A stretch of DNA of 64,000 nucleotides from Balanoglossus misakiensis (GCA_040954595.2 CM082579.2:13765834-13829833); one strand, 5' to 3'; shown: positions 11,734 through 25,700, numbered from the stretch's first letter. The notes: generated by a model not told the origin, from the sequence alone. Made by a program: numbers and translations.

Positions 11734-13063
11734 TTGGAGATGCGTTTTACTTCAGAGTTGGAAGTATTTTTTAGTAAAGTCTGGGAAGTGACATGTCTTC
11801 AAAGTGATTGATGTTATCTGCTAAGAGCTGAATGCCCATGGATGTTCTTTCCTAGATTTTACATTTTCTTAGCATTTCATAGACCTGTGTATAATTATAA
11901 TTTCAGTTATATATTCTAATTTGAGTTTAGGAAGGGTATGCATGGAATTAAAGTAATTATTCTGTAATTACCCAACCAGATATGTTGTCTAACTAATGGA
12001 TATTTTGATTGTCAATTTGCACAGGCAACATTATTGAAGTAGCATTAAGAGTAGTTGATAATATAGCAGCGCTTCTAACTGGAAAGAAGAGCTTAGTAAA
12101 TTTATCAGCTCATAATATTCCTTTAACCAATGAACTTTATATGAACTTGCACACCTGCGTTAAAGATACAGGGATTAATGTTCAGGAAACCTTACCAGCT
12201 CTAGTAAATTTATTTGAGCCAGAAATTGAATTACCAAAAAAAAATCAGTAATTTCATAAAGACACAGTCAGAAAAGAAACAGAGAAAGCCAGCAAGGAAG
12301 GGAGAAAAGTGGAATACATGAACGACACAGTTTGCTTAAAATACGTGTGTGTGCTGTAAAAACTGTATGGTGCAACGGCGTCAATTTTTATGATTTATAA
12401 GCAGCCAGTCTTTCCATGCATATCATACCAAAATTTAATATGAAATTCTTGTTAATGTTAATAGTCTACAAGGAAAGTACAGGTAACATGTTGCAATTAA
12501 ACTATCAAACTTTCTCCACTTTTGATATCCGCTCGACACCGGCAAGCAAAAGGGCCGATCTGAGACTATGACTTGAATGATGGCAATTTTTGCTGTCCAG
12601 AGGTAACTGTATAGCATTTATTTGGTAGTAATATCAGCTTTATGATTGCTAAAAATACATCAGAATTTAAATATTTCCACTTACTACAGTGATTGAACTG
12701 ATTTTCAGCAAATTGCAGTGAATAAACAAATATTGCCATCTAATGAAATGTCAACCCAATTAAGGCCGCCTATTTGCAATGGTAAAATGCTAGGTTTACC
12801 ATATTTGAGCGCCTGGGAATTTGAATTATAATCCAGATATCAAAAACTTAAGTCACTATCTGTATCTGCACATATATTGTAATATAATCTGAAAATTTCG
12901 TGAAAATTAGATCAAACATGATCGAGACACAGAAGATCAAACATTGCAAATTTTCATATTTTACCATGGTGCCATGCAAAAAATAGAGAGATTTTTTTTA
13001 CAAGTTTAGATGATCTCCTGTAAAACTGAAAGAAGTAATCTTCTGTGAATCTTGCATTTTTAT
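11734..13063 (+). repeat. Segmental duplication unit U, copy 1 (~1.33 kb)
   Basis: Near-identical to 13148-14467 (offset 1413-1414; ORFs 12009/13422 and 12435/13849) and to 17828-19182. Confidence 0.95.
12025..12321 (+). pseudogene. Exon-like segment in U copy 1 (unknown protein C-terminus), frameshifted at an A9 run
   Basis: Acceptor caatttgcacag|; NIIEVALRVVDNIAALLTGKKSLVNLSAHNIPLTNELYMNLHTCVKDTGINVQETLPALVNLFEPEIELPKK, with SNFIKTQSEKKQRKPARKGEKWNT* in another frame. Confidence 0.4.
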
Positions 13064-13147
13064 GTTGGAACCATGCAAACCACTTTGGCCCCTGCAATGC
13101 AGCATGTTGCTTTAATTGTCTTCTTCATGGTTGCCATATTGGATTTT

Positions 13148-14467
13148 TTGGAGATGCGTTTCACTTCAGAGTTTGAAGTTTTTTTAGTAAAGTCTGGGAA
13201 GTGACATGTCTTCAAAGTGACTGATGTTATCTGCTAAGAGCTGAATGCCCATGGGTGTTCTTTCCTAGATTTTACATTTTCTTAGCATTTCATAGACCTG
13301 TTTATAATTATAATTTCAGTTATATATTCTAATTTGACTTTAGGTAGAGTATGCATGGAATTAAAGTAATTATTCTGTAATTACCCAACCAAATATGTTG
13401 TCTAACTAATGGATATTTTGATTGTCAATTTGCACAGGCAACATTATTGAAGTAGCATTGAGAGTAGTTGATAATATAGCAGAGCTTCTAACTGGAAAGA
13501 AGAGCTTAGTAAATTTATCAGCTCATAATATTCCTTTAACCAATGAACTTTATATGAACTTGCACACCTGCGTTAAAGATACAGGGATTAATGTTCAGGA
13601 AACCTTACCAGCTCTAGTACATTTATTTGAGCCAGAAGTTGAATTACCAAAAAAAAAATCAGTAATTTCATAAAGACACAGTCAGAAAAGAAATAGACAA
13701 AGCCAGCAAGGAAGGGAGAAAAGTGGAATACATGAAAGACACAGTGTGCTTAAAATACATGTGTGTGCTGTAAAAACTGTATGGTGCAACGGCGTCAATT
13801 TTTATGATTTATAAGCAGCCAGTCTTTCCATGCATATCATACCAAAATTTAATATGAAATTCTTGTTAATGTTAATAGTCTACAAGGATAGTACAGGTAA
13901 CATGTTGAAATTAAACTATCCAACTTTCTCCACTTTTGATATCCGCTCGACACAGGCAAGCAAAAGGGCCGATCTGAGACTATGACTTGAATGATGGCAA
14001 TTTTTGCTGTCCAGAGGTAACTGTATAGCATTTATTTGGTAGTAATATCAGCTTTATGATTGCTAAAAATACATCAGAATTTAAATATTTCCACTTACTA
14101 CAGTGATTGAACTGATTTTCAGCAAATTGCAGTGTATAAACAAATATTGCCATCTAATGAAATGTCAACCCAATTAAGGCCGCCTATTTGCAATGGTAAA
14201 ATGCTAGGTTTACCATATTTGAGCGCCTGGGAATTTGAATTATAATCCAGATATCAAAAACTTAAGTCACTATCTGTATCTGCACATATATTGTAATATA
14301 ATCTGAAAATTTCGTGAAAATTAGATCAAACATGATCGAGACACGGAACATCAAACATTGCAAATTTTCATATTTTACCATGGTGCCATGCAAAAAATAG
14401 AGAGATTTTTTTTACAAGTTTAGATGATCTCCTGTAAAACTGAAAGAAGTAATCTTCTGTGAATCTT
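13148..14467 (+). repeat. Segmental duplication unit U, copy 2
   Basis: Tandem copy of 11734-13063, separated from it by ~85 bp of 890-bp-satellite sequence. Confidence 0.95.
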
Positions 14468-15263
14468 TAAATGTTTCCACTTACTACAGTGATTGAACTG
14501 ATTTTCAGCAAATTGCAGTGTATAAAAAAATATTGCCATCTAATGAAATGTCAACCCAATATGGCCGCCCATTTGCAATGGTAAAATGCTAGGTTTACCA
14601 TATTTGAGCGCCTAGGAATTTAAATTATAATCCAGATATCAAAAACTTAAGTCACTATCTGTATCTGCACATATATTGTATTATAATATACCTCATGCTA
14701 ATACTGTGCCGTGATTCGCCAGAATCCGTCACGTGATAGGAAAATAGAATCGACTATGAACCGTTAGGGAAATAGCAGAAAAAAATATAAACCGGTCACA
14801 TGACAAACGTGGTCACGTCAATCAGCGTCGCGTCTGACACAATGGCCACCGCTGAAGATGTCGTCTGCCAACCTCAAGAGAAAATTGCATGATTTTCCAA
14901 ACTGTCAGCATGAGGTTTATTATAAAACACCTATAGCCTGGCCTATATTCGGGCCATAGCAGCCGTTTTTACCCCCACGTGGCTGTGAGTTACCAGAATC
15001 ATACGCTATTTCCCTCGGAAACTCACAACCCCTCCGGTGTAATAAACGGCCGCTATGGCCCTCATGGCCAGGCAATAGGTGTTCAATATAATCTGGAAAT
15101 TTCGTGAAAATTAGATAAAACATGATTGAGACACGGAACATCAAACATTGCAAATTTTCATATCTTACCATGGTGCCATGAAAAAATAGAGAGATTTTTT
15201 TACAAGTTTAGATGATCTCCTGTAAAACTGAAAGAAGTAATCTTCTGTGAATCTTGCATTTTT
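14468..15263 (+). repeat. Partial extra copy of the 3' ~390 bp of U, interrupted by an insertion
   Basis: 14468-14687 repeats tttaaat.tttccacttactacagtg...gcacatatattgta; the sequence resumes at ~15088 (ataatctggaaatttcgtg). Confidence 0.9.
14682..15092. mobile_element. ~405-bp non-autonomous element with two adjacent inverted-repeat arms (Crypton-like architecture)
   Basis: Arm 1 is acctcatgct(14690)/agcatgaggt(14907); arm 2 is aacacctatagcctggcc(14926)/ggccaggcaataggtgtt(15067) with nested stems. TATAAT occurs at both ends, and the element is absent from the three paralogous sites. Confidence 0.8.
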
Positions 15264-17827
15264 ATGTTGGAACCATGTTAACCGCTTTGGTCCCTCAAAT
15301 GCTGCTTTTAGTAAATGTTTTAATTGTCTTCTTCATGGCGGCCATATTGGATTTTCGGATAACCTTTAAAAGTTGACATTTTTTTCAAAAACTACAGGGC
15401 CAATCAAGTTCTAATTTACTGTGCGGTTCAATGTTTGACAATAATATCATTAGTGGTCATGTGGCTTTGGAGTTTTGAAAAAAATATCATTAAAAAATTT
15501 CAAAAATCTTTTTCTAATCAAGTTTTCAAGTAAATTGTGATTGGGTAAACCTTATTGAAGCCAAATTGGATTTTCTGATCTCCAATAAAAGACTAAAATT
15601 TCCTATTTCTAGCTTGCTCATTGAAACCACACAAATTCTTTTTATGGATATGAGTCACCATATGACCAGAATATATCACAATTATTAGACTACTTTCACA
15701 TGTTCTTTGATCAAGTTTTTACAGAACTTGATTAAACAATGTGTTTGCGACTCTCGCATGTCCTTTGATCCAGTAATTCCAGAACTTATTTTATGTGGAT
15801 ATGCCTCTTGTTAAAAACCACCACAGTCATAATTTTGTTCACATGAGTACGACTGCTGCCAGGACATAACCCAAATCTTTTGATAATTTTGGCAATGACC
15901 TTTGCTGCCAGGACATAACCCAAATCTTTTGATAATTTTGGCAATGACCTTTGATCTACTATCCCATGCCTTGGAATAAACAGCAAATACAGTCTTCAAT
16001 TTTTTTTGGCTGGAACACCTAATGAAGTATTAAACTTTTACACAATAATTATGTACATAAGCTATTTCAAATGAACCAAAAGAGCTTAGAAGTCTGTTTT
16101 CTGTTGGACACAGCTCAGTTTGATATCAAAATTTGTTGGCCAAAATTTGCGTGACCTCTGGCTTACTTACCATTTCTCAGCATCCATAACAGATAAAGCC
16201 TTTGCTTTCTGTTGGAACCATGCTAACCGCTTTGGTCCCTCCAATGCTGCTTTTAGTTTTAATTGTCTTCTTCATGGCGGCCATATTGGATTTTCGTATA
16301 ACCTTTAAAAATTGACATCTTATAAAACAACTACAAGGCAAATCAAGTTCTAATTTACTGTGCGGTTCAATGACAATAATAAAACTTGAATAAACAATTT
16401 GTTTGCGACTCTCGCATGTCCTTTGATCCAGTAATTCCAGAACTTATATTATGTGGATATGCCCTTTGATCCAGTAATTCCAGAACTTATTTTATGTGGA
16501 TATGCCTCTTGTTAAAAAGCACAACAGTCATGATTTTGTTCACATGAGTACTGCTGCTGCCAGGAAATAACCAAAATATTTTGCTAATTATGGCAATGAC
16601 CTTTGATCTACTTTTCCATAAGTTGGCATGCACAGCAGATACAGTCTTCAAATTTGGAGGACTGAAACAACTAATGAAGTATTAAACTTTAACACAATAA
16701 TTTTGTACATAAGCTATTTCAAGTAAACAAATGGAGCTTACAAGTCTGGTTTTTGTTGGACACTGATCAGTTTAAGATCAAAAATTTGTGTCACAATTTT
16801 GCGTGACCTCTGGCTTACTTTACCATTTCTTGGCATCCACAACAAAACAGCCTTTGCTTTCTGTTGGAACCATGCTAACCGCTTGGGCCTGTCCCATTTC
16901 TTCTTAATGGTGGCCATATTGGATATTCTGATAACCCTTAAAAATTGACATCTTTTCAACAACTACAAGGCAAATCAAGTTCTAATTTACTGTGCGGTTC
17001 AATGTTTGACTACAATATCATTAGTGGTCATGTCACTTTGGTTGCCATATTGGATTTTTGAAAAATCTCATGAAAAATTTCACAAATCTTTTTCTAATCA
17101 AGTTTTCAAGTAAATTGTGATTGGGTAAACCTTATTGAGCCAAATTGGATTTTCTGATCTCCGATAAAAGACTAATATTTCCTATTTCTAGCCTGCTCAT
17201 TAAAACCACACAAATTCTTTTTATGGATATGAGTCACCATATGACCAGAATATATCACAATTATTAGACTACTTTCACATGTTCTTTGATCAAGTTTTTA
17301 CAGAACTTGATTTAAACAATTTATTTGCGACTCTCGCTTGTCCTTTGATCCAGTTATTCCAGAACTTATTTTATGTGGATATGCCTCTTGTTAAAAAGCA
17401 CAGCAGTCATGATTTTGTTCACACGAGTACTACTGCTGCCAGGACAAAACCCAAATCTTTTGATAATTTTGGCAATGACCTTTGATCTACTATCCCATGC
17501 CTTGGAATGTACAGCAGATACAGCCTTCAAATTTGGTGGACTGGAACACCTAATGAAGTATTAAACTTTAACACAATAATTATGTACATAAGCTATTTCA
17601 AGTTAACCAATAGAGCTTAGAAGTCTGGTTTTTTGTTGGACACTGATCAGTTTGATATCAAATTTTGTTAGCACAATTTTGCATGACCTCTGGCTTACTT
17701 TACCATTTCTTGGCATCCACAACAGAAACAGCCTTTGCTTTCTTTTGGAACCATGCTTACCACTTTGGTCCCTCCAATGCAGCATGTTGCTTTAATTGTC
17801 TTCTTCATGGTTGCCATATTGGATTTT
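15264..17827 (+). repeat. ~890-bp macrosatellite, block 1 (~3 rearranged monomers)
   Basis: Repeating order catggcggccatattggatttt...ggatatgagtcaccatatgaccagaa...ggcaatgacctttgatctact...ttggaaccatgctaacc. Confidence 0.9.
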
Positions 17828-19182
17828 TTGGAGATGCGTTTAACGTCAGAGTTGGAAGTATTTTTAGTAAAGTCTGGGAAGTGACATGTCTTCAAAGTGA
17901 CTGATGTTATCTGCTAAGAGCTGAATGCCCATGGGTGTTCTTTCCTAGATTTTACATTTTCTTAGCATTTTATAGACCTGTGTATAACTATAATTTTAGT
18001 TATATATTCTAATTTGAGTTTAGGTAGAGTATGCATGGAATTATAGTTATTATTCTGTAATTACCCAACCAAATATGTTGTCTAACTAATGGATATTTTG
18101 ATTGTCAATTTGCACAGGCAACATTATTGAAGTAGCATTGAGAGTAGTTGTTAATATAGCAGAGCTTCTAACTGGAAAGAAGAGCTTAGTAAATTTATCA
18201 GCTCATAATATTCCTTTAACCAATGAACTTTATATGAACTTGCACACCTGCGTTAAAGATACAGGGATTAATTTTCAGGAAACCTTACCAGCTCTAGTAC
18301 AATTTTTTGAGCCAGAAATTGAATTACCCCCCCCCCAAAAAAAAAAAAATAAAAAAAAAAAAAAAAATAGTAATTTTATAAAGACACAGTCAGAAAAAAA
18401 ACAGAGAAAGCCAGCAAGGAAGGGAGAAAAGTGGAATACATGAAAGGCACAGTTTGCTTAAAATACGTGTGTATGCAGTAAAACTGTATGGTGCAACGGC
18501 GTCCATTTTTATGATTTATAGCCAGCCAGTCTTTCCATGCATATCATACCAGAATTTAATATGAAATTCTTGTTAATGTTAATAGTCTACAAGGATAGTA
18601 CAGGTAACATGTAGAAATTAAACTATCCAACTTTCTCCACTTTTGATATCTGCTCGACACAGGCAAGCAAAAGAGCCGATCTGAGACTTTGACTTGAATG
18701 ATGGCAATTTTTGCTGTCCAGAAGCAACTGTATAACATTTTTTTGATAGTAATAACAGCTTTATGATTGCTAAAATACACAAGAATTTAAATATTTCCAC
18801 TTACTACAGTGATTAAACTGATTTTCAGCAAATTGCAATGTATAAACAAATATTGCCATCTAATGAAATGTCAACCCAATATGGCCGCCCATTTGCAATG
18901 GTAAAATGCTAGGTTTACCATATTTGAGCGCCTGGGAATTTAAATTATAATCTAGATATCAAAAACATAAGTCACTATCTGTATCTGCACATATATTGTA
19001 ATATAATCTGAAAATTTCGTGAAAATTAGATCAAACATGATTTAGACACGGAACATCAAACATTGCAAATTTTCATATTTTACCATGGTGCCATGCAAAA
19101 AATAGAGAGATTTTTTTTACAAGTTTAGATGATCTCCTGTAAAACTGAAAGAAGTAATCTTCTGTGAATCTTACATTTTTAT
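17828..19182 (+). repeat. Segmental duplication unit U, copy 3
   Basis: Same 5' junction as copy 2 (ggatttt|ttggagatgcg); continues into non-satellite sequence at 19183. Confidence 0.95.
18118..18443 (+). pseudogene. Exon-like segment in U copy 3, open through to ...KGEKWNT*
   Basis: Same acceptor as copy 1; the C/A homopolymer expansion at ~18326-18367 leaves the frame open (ORF 18102-18443). Function is unproven. Confidence 0.35.
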
Positions 19183-19744
19183 ATAATTTGGTAAAATTCT
19201 TTGAAAAATGGTGAAGATACTTGAGAATCTCAGTATTATTTGATGCGTTTGTACGCTGAAATCCGGTGAACCGATTTTGATAATTTTCTTTGTTATAACC
19301 TACTAAGATGTATAAACATTTTTATCAGAAAAATAAACGGCAATCTTGGAGTAAATTTTTAACTGATCTTCCTTATATAATTTTAATGGTCCAGCTGTTA
19401 CAGGGACCACCAGCTATTTTATTATAAACTGGTGGTAGGTCAGTGAATGCCTCTGTCTGATTGGACTAATTAATTTGTCATACTCGCATGTATTTTTACA
19501 GACAGTTTTTGGACAAAAATCAGTTGTTGTTTTTTTTAGTGTAGCTTGTAAGATTGCTGTGACACATAACACTTTATTTGGCATAGTTAATTTTTTTATG
19601 TTTCCATAGTATTTAAATATTAATGCCATATATGCTTGCCAATGTCGCCCCTGAATTTAATTCTGGTGAATACCTAATTTCTGAGTAATCCCCAAAGGGC
19701 ACCACAGTGTCCTTTACATTATTTTATAAGTAGTAAATTATACA

Positions 19745-22700
19745 TAGATATGCATCTTGTTAAAAAGCCCAACAGTCATGATTTTGTTCACATGAGTACT
19801 ACTGCTGCCAGGACATAACCCAAATCTTTTGATAATTTTGGCAATGACCTTTGATCTACTATCCCATGCCTTGGCATGTACAGCAGATACAGCCTTCAAA
19901 TTTGGTGTTCTTATTGACTGTGCGGTTCAATGTTTGACAATAATATCATTAGTGGTCATGTGGCTTTGGATTTTTGAAAAATATCATAAAAAAAATTCAA
20001 AAAATCTATTTCTAATCAAGTTTTCAAGTAAATTGTGATTGGGTAAACCTTATTGGAGCCAAATTGGATTTTCTGATCTCCGATAAAAGACTAAAATTTC
20101 CTATTTCTAGCGTGCTCCTTGAAACCACACAAATTCTTTTTATGGATATGAGTCACCATAGGACCAGAATATATCAAAATTATTAGACTACTTTCAGATG
20201 TTCTTTGATCAAATTTTTACAAAACTTGATTGAACAACTTGTTTGCGACTCTCGCATGTCCTTTGATCCAGTAATTCCAGAACTTATTTTATGTGGATAT
20301 GCCTCTTGTTAAAAAGCATATCTGTCATGATTTTGTTCACATGAGTACTACTGCTGCCAGGACATAACCCAAATCTTTTAGATAATTTTGGCAATGACCT
20401 TTGATCTACTATCCCATGCCTTGGCATGTACAGCAGATACAGCCTTCAAATTTGGTGGACTGGAACACCTTATGAAGAATTAAACTTTAACACAATAATT
20501 ATGTACATAAGCTATTTCAAGTTAACCAATAGAGCTTAGAAGTCTGTTTTCTGTTGGACACAGCTCAGTTTGATATCAAAATTTGTTGGCCCAAATTTGC
20601 GTGACTTCTGGCTTACTTACAATTTCTCAGCATCAATAACAGAAACAGCCTTTGCTTTCTGTTGGAACCATGCTAACCACTTTGGTCCCTCCAATGCTGC
20701 TTTTAGTTGTAATTGTCTTGTTCATGGCGGCCATATTGGATTTTCGGTTAACCTTTAAAAGGTGACATTTTTTTCAAAAACTACAGGGCCAATCAAGTTC
20801 AAATTGACTGTGCGGTTCAATGTTTGACAATAATATCGTTAGTGGTCATGTGGCTTTGGATTTTTGAAAAATAGAATAAAAAAATTTCAAAACATTTATT
20901 TCTAATCAAGTTTTCAAGTAAAATGTGATTGGGTAAACCTTATTGGAGCCAAATTGGATTTTCTGATCTCCGATAAAAGACTAAAATTTCCTATTTCTAG
21001 CGTGCTCATTGAAACCACACAAATTCTTTTTATGGATATGAGTCACCATAGGACCAGAATATATCAAAATTATTAGACTACTTTCAGATGTTCTTTGATC
21101 AAATTTTTACAAAACTTGATTGAACAACTTGTTTGCGACTCTCGCATGTCCTTTGATCCAGTAATTCCAGAACTTATTTTATGTGGATATGCCTCTTGTT
21201 AAAAAGCACATCTGTCATGATTTTGTTCACATGAGTACTACTGCTGCCAGGACATAACCCAAATCTTTTAGATAATTTTGGCAATGACCTTTGATCTACT
21301 ATCCCATGCCTTGGCATGTACAGCAGATACAGCCTTCAAATTTGGTGGACTGGAAAACCTTATGAAGAATTAAACTTTAACACAATAATTATGTACATAA
21401 GCTATTTCAAGTTAACCAATAGAGCTTAGAAGTCTGTTTTCTGTTGGACACAGCTCAGTTTGATATCAAAATTTGTTGGCCCAAATTTGCGTGACCTCTC
21501 GCTTACTTACCATTTCTCAGCATCCATAACAGATACAGCCTTTGCTTTCTGTTGGAACCATGCTAACCACTTTGGTCCCTCCAATGCTGCTTTTAGTTGT
21601 AATTGTCTTGTTCATGGCGGCCATATTGGATTTTCGGTTAACCTTTAAAAGGTGACATTTTTTTCAAAAACTACAGGGCCAATCAAGTTCAAATTGGCTG
21701 TGCGGTTCAATGTTTGACAATAATATCGTTAGTGGTCATGTGGCTTTGGATTTTTGAAAAATAGAATAAAAAAATTTCAAAACATTTATTTCTAATCAAG
21801 TTTTCAAGTAAAATGTGATTGGGTAAACCTTATTGGAGCCAAATTGGATTTTCTGATCTCCGATAAAAGACTAAAATTTCCTATTTCTAGCGTGCTCATT
21901 GAAACCACACAAATTCTTTTTATGGATACGAGTCACCATAGGACCAGAATATATCATAATTATTAGACTACTTCCACATGTTCTTTGATCCAGTAATTCC
22001 AGAACATATTTTATGTGGATATGCCTCTTGTTAAAAAGCACAACAGTCATGATTTTGTTCACATGAGTACTACTGCTGCCAGGACATAACCCAAATCTTT
22101 TGATAATTTTGGCAATGACCTTTGATCTACTATCCCATGCCTTGGCATGTACAGCAGATACAGCCTTCAAATTTGGTGGACTGCAACACCCAATAAAGTA
22201 TTAAACTTTTACACAATAATTTTGTACATAATCTATTTCAAGTTAACCAATAGAGCTTAGAAATCTGGTTTTTTGTTTGACACTGATCAGTTTAAGATCA
22301 AACATTTGTGTCACAATTTTGCGTGACCTCTGGCTTACTTTACCATTTCTTTGCATCCACAACAAAATCAAATCAAATCAATCAAGCAAAAAAGTTTATA
22401 TAGCGCCAAAATCCAAAAAGAAATTTTGCCCAATGACGCTCACGGTTAAACCACACTGTATGCTCTTTCGAACATATGAGTTTTCATATGATTTTTTTAA
22501 CAAAACATCCTTTGCTTTCTGTTGGAACCATGCTAACTGCTTGGGCCCATCCCATTTCTTCTTAATGGCGGCCATATTGGATATTATGATAACACTTAAA
22601 AATTTACATCTTTTCAACAACTACAAGGCAAATCAAGTTCTAATTTACTGTGCGGTTTAATGTTTGACAATAATATCATTAGTGGTCATGTCACTTTGGT

Positions 22701-25700
22701 TGCCATATTGGATTTTTGAAAAATCTCATGAAAAATTTCACAAATCTTTTCCTAATCACGTTTTCAAGTGAATTGTGATTGGTTTATCCTAATTAAAGCC
22801 AAATCGGATTTTCTAAACACACGATTTAAAAAAAATCCTATTTCTAGCCTACCCAAATTCTTTTAATAGATATGAGTCACCACATGACCAGATTATATTA
22901 CAATTTTTGGGCAATTTTCGAATGTCCTTTGATCCATTTTTTCCAGAACTTAATTGTGCGTGGATATGCTTCTTGTCAAAAAGCACACCAGTCATGATTT
23001 TGTTCACAGGAGTTTTGCATCTATAACAGATGCAGCCTTTGCTTTCTGCTGCTAGGAAATAAACAAAATATTTAGAGGACTGAAACACCTAATGAAGTAT
23101 TAAACTTTAACACAATAATTATGTACATAAGCAATTTCAAGTTAACCAATAGAGCTGAGAAGTCTGTTTTCTGTTGGACACAGCTCAGTTTGATATCGAA
23201 ATTTGTTGGCCCAAATTTGCGTGACCTCTCGCTTACTTACCATTTCTCAGCATCCATAACAGATACAGCCTTTGCTTTCTGTTCGAACCATGCTAACCGC
23301 TTTGGTCCCTCCAATGCTGCTTTTAGTATTAATTGTCTTCTTCATGGTGGCCATATTGGATTTTCGGATAACCTTTAAAACTTGACATTTTTTTTCAAAA
23401 AATACAGGGCCAATCAAGTTCTCATTTACTGTGCGGTTCAATGTTTGACAATAATAGTATCAGTAGTGGTCATGTGGCTTTGGATGCATAATTGGATTTT
23501 TGAAAAATATCATAAAACAAATCAAAAATCTATTTCTAATCAAGTTTTCAAGTAAATTGTGATTGGTTAAAACTAATTGGACCCATATTGGATTTTCTGA
23601 TCTCCGATTAAAAACTAAAATTTCCTATTTCTAGCCTACTCATTGAAAGCACACAAATATTTTTTATGGATATGAGTCACCATATGACAAGAATATATTT
23701 CAATTTGCTGGTGACTCTCGCATCTCCTTTGATACAGTAATTCCAGAACTAAATTTTATGTGGATATGCCTCTTGTTAAAAGCACAACAGTCATGATTTT
23801 GTTCACATTAGTACTACTGCTGCCAGGACATAACACATATATTTTGATAATTTTGGCAATTACCTTTGATGTACTTCCCCATAACTTGGCATGCACAGCA
23901 GATACATTCTTCAAATTTGGAGGACTTAAACACCTAATGAAGTTTAAACTTTAACACAATATTTATGTACATAAGCTTTTTCAAATTAACCAATAGAGTT
24001 AGAAGTCTGGCTTTTTGTTGGATACGGATCAGTGTGATATCAAATTTTGTTAGCACAATTTTGCATGACCTCTGACTTACTTAACCATTTCTCAGCATCC
24101 ATAACAGATACAGCCTTTGCTTTGTGTTGGAACCATGCTAACCACTTTGGCCCCTGCAATGCTGCATGTTGCTTTAATTGTCTCCTTCATGGTTGCCATA
24201 TAGGATATTCTGATTATCTATAAAAGTTGACTTTCTTCAAAACTGCAGGGCGAATCAAGTTCTAATTTACTGTTCACAAAGTTTGACAATAATATCATTA
24301 GTGGTCATGTGACTTTGGATGCCTTATTGGATTTTTGAAAATCTCATTAAAAAATCTCATTTATTTTTCCTAATCATGTTCTCAAGTGAATTGTGATTGG
24401 TTTAACCTTATTGGAGCCAAATTGAATTTTCTAAAATCCGATTAACAAATACATTTTCCTATTTCTTGCCTACTAATTGATAGCACACAACTATTTTTTA
24501 TGGATACGAGTCACCATATGACTAGAATACGTTACATTTTTTGGCAACTTTCACACATTCTCTAATCCATTTTTGTTCACTACTTAATTTTATGTGGATA
24601 TGCCTCTTGTTAAAAAGCACAACAGTCATGATTTTGTTCACATGAGTACTACTGCTGCCAGGACATAACCCAAATCTTTTGATAACTTTGGCAATGACCT
24701 TTGATCTACTATCCCATGCCTTGGAATGTACAGCAGATACAGCCTTCAAATTTTTAGGACTGGAATACCTAATGAAGTATTAAACGTTAACACAATAATT
24801 ATGTACATAAGCAATTTCAAGTTAACCAATATAGCTTAGAAGTCTGGATTTTGTTGGACACTGATCAGTTTGATATCAAAATTTGTTGGCACAATTTTGC
24901 ATGACATCTGGCTTACTTTACCATTTCTCGGCATCTGCTACAGATACAGCCTTTGCTTTCTGTTGGAACCATGCTAACCACATTCGTCCCTCCAATGCTG
25001 CTTTTAGCTTTGTCTTCGTCATGGCAGCCATATTGGATTTTCTGATAACCTTTAAAAGTTGACTCTTTTCAAAAATTACAAGGCCAATAAAGTTCTAATT
25101 TACTGTGCGGTTCCAATTTTTTCAATAATAATGTTAGTGGTCATGTGACTTTGGATTTATTATGGATTTTTGAAAAATCTCATTAAAAATGTCAAAAATC
25201 TTTTTCTACTTAAGTTTTCAAGTGAATTGTGATTGGTTCAACCTTATTGGATAAAACTTTTGTATGGATACGAGTCGCCATATGACCAGAATACATGTTT
25301 TTGATCCAGTTTTCTCAGAACTTGATTATACAAAATTTTGACAACTACACATGTCCTTTGATCCAGTGTTTTCTGAACTTAATTGTATGTGGATACGATT
25401 CCTGTTAAAAAGCACAACAGTCATGATTTTGTTTACATGAGTACTGCTGCTGCCGGAACATAACCTTATTTTTTTATAATTTTGGCAATGACCTTTGATC
25501 TACGTTCCCATAACCTGGCATGCACAGCAGATGCATGTTTCAAATTTAGAGGACTGGAACACCTAATGAAGTACTTTACCATTTCTTGGCATCCACAACA
25601 GATACAGCCTTTGCTTTCTTTTGAAACCATGCTAACCAGTTTAGCCCCTGCAATGCTGCTTGTAAGTTTAATTGTCTTCTTCATGACGGCCATATTGGAT

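Noticed and set aside
11756-11890. Exon-like frame LEVFFSKVWEVTCLQSD*CYLLRAECPW with an in-frame TGA in all three U copies (possible selenocysteine)
   Set aside because: I found no phase-compatible donor and no SECIS-like element. A stop predating the duplication, or non-coding sequence, is simpler.
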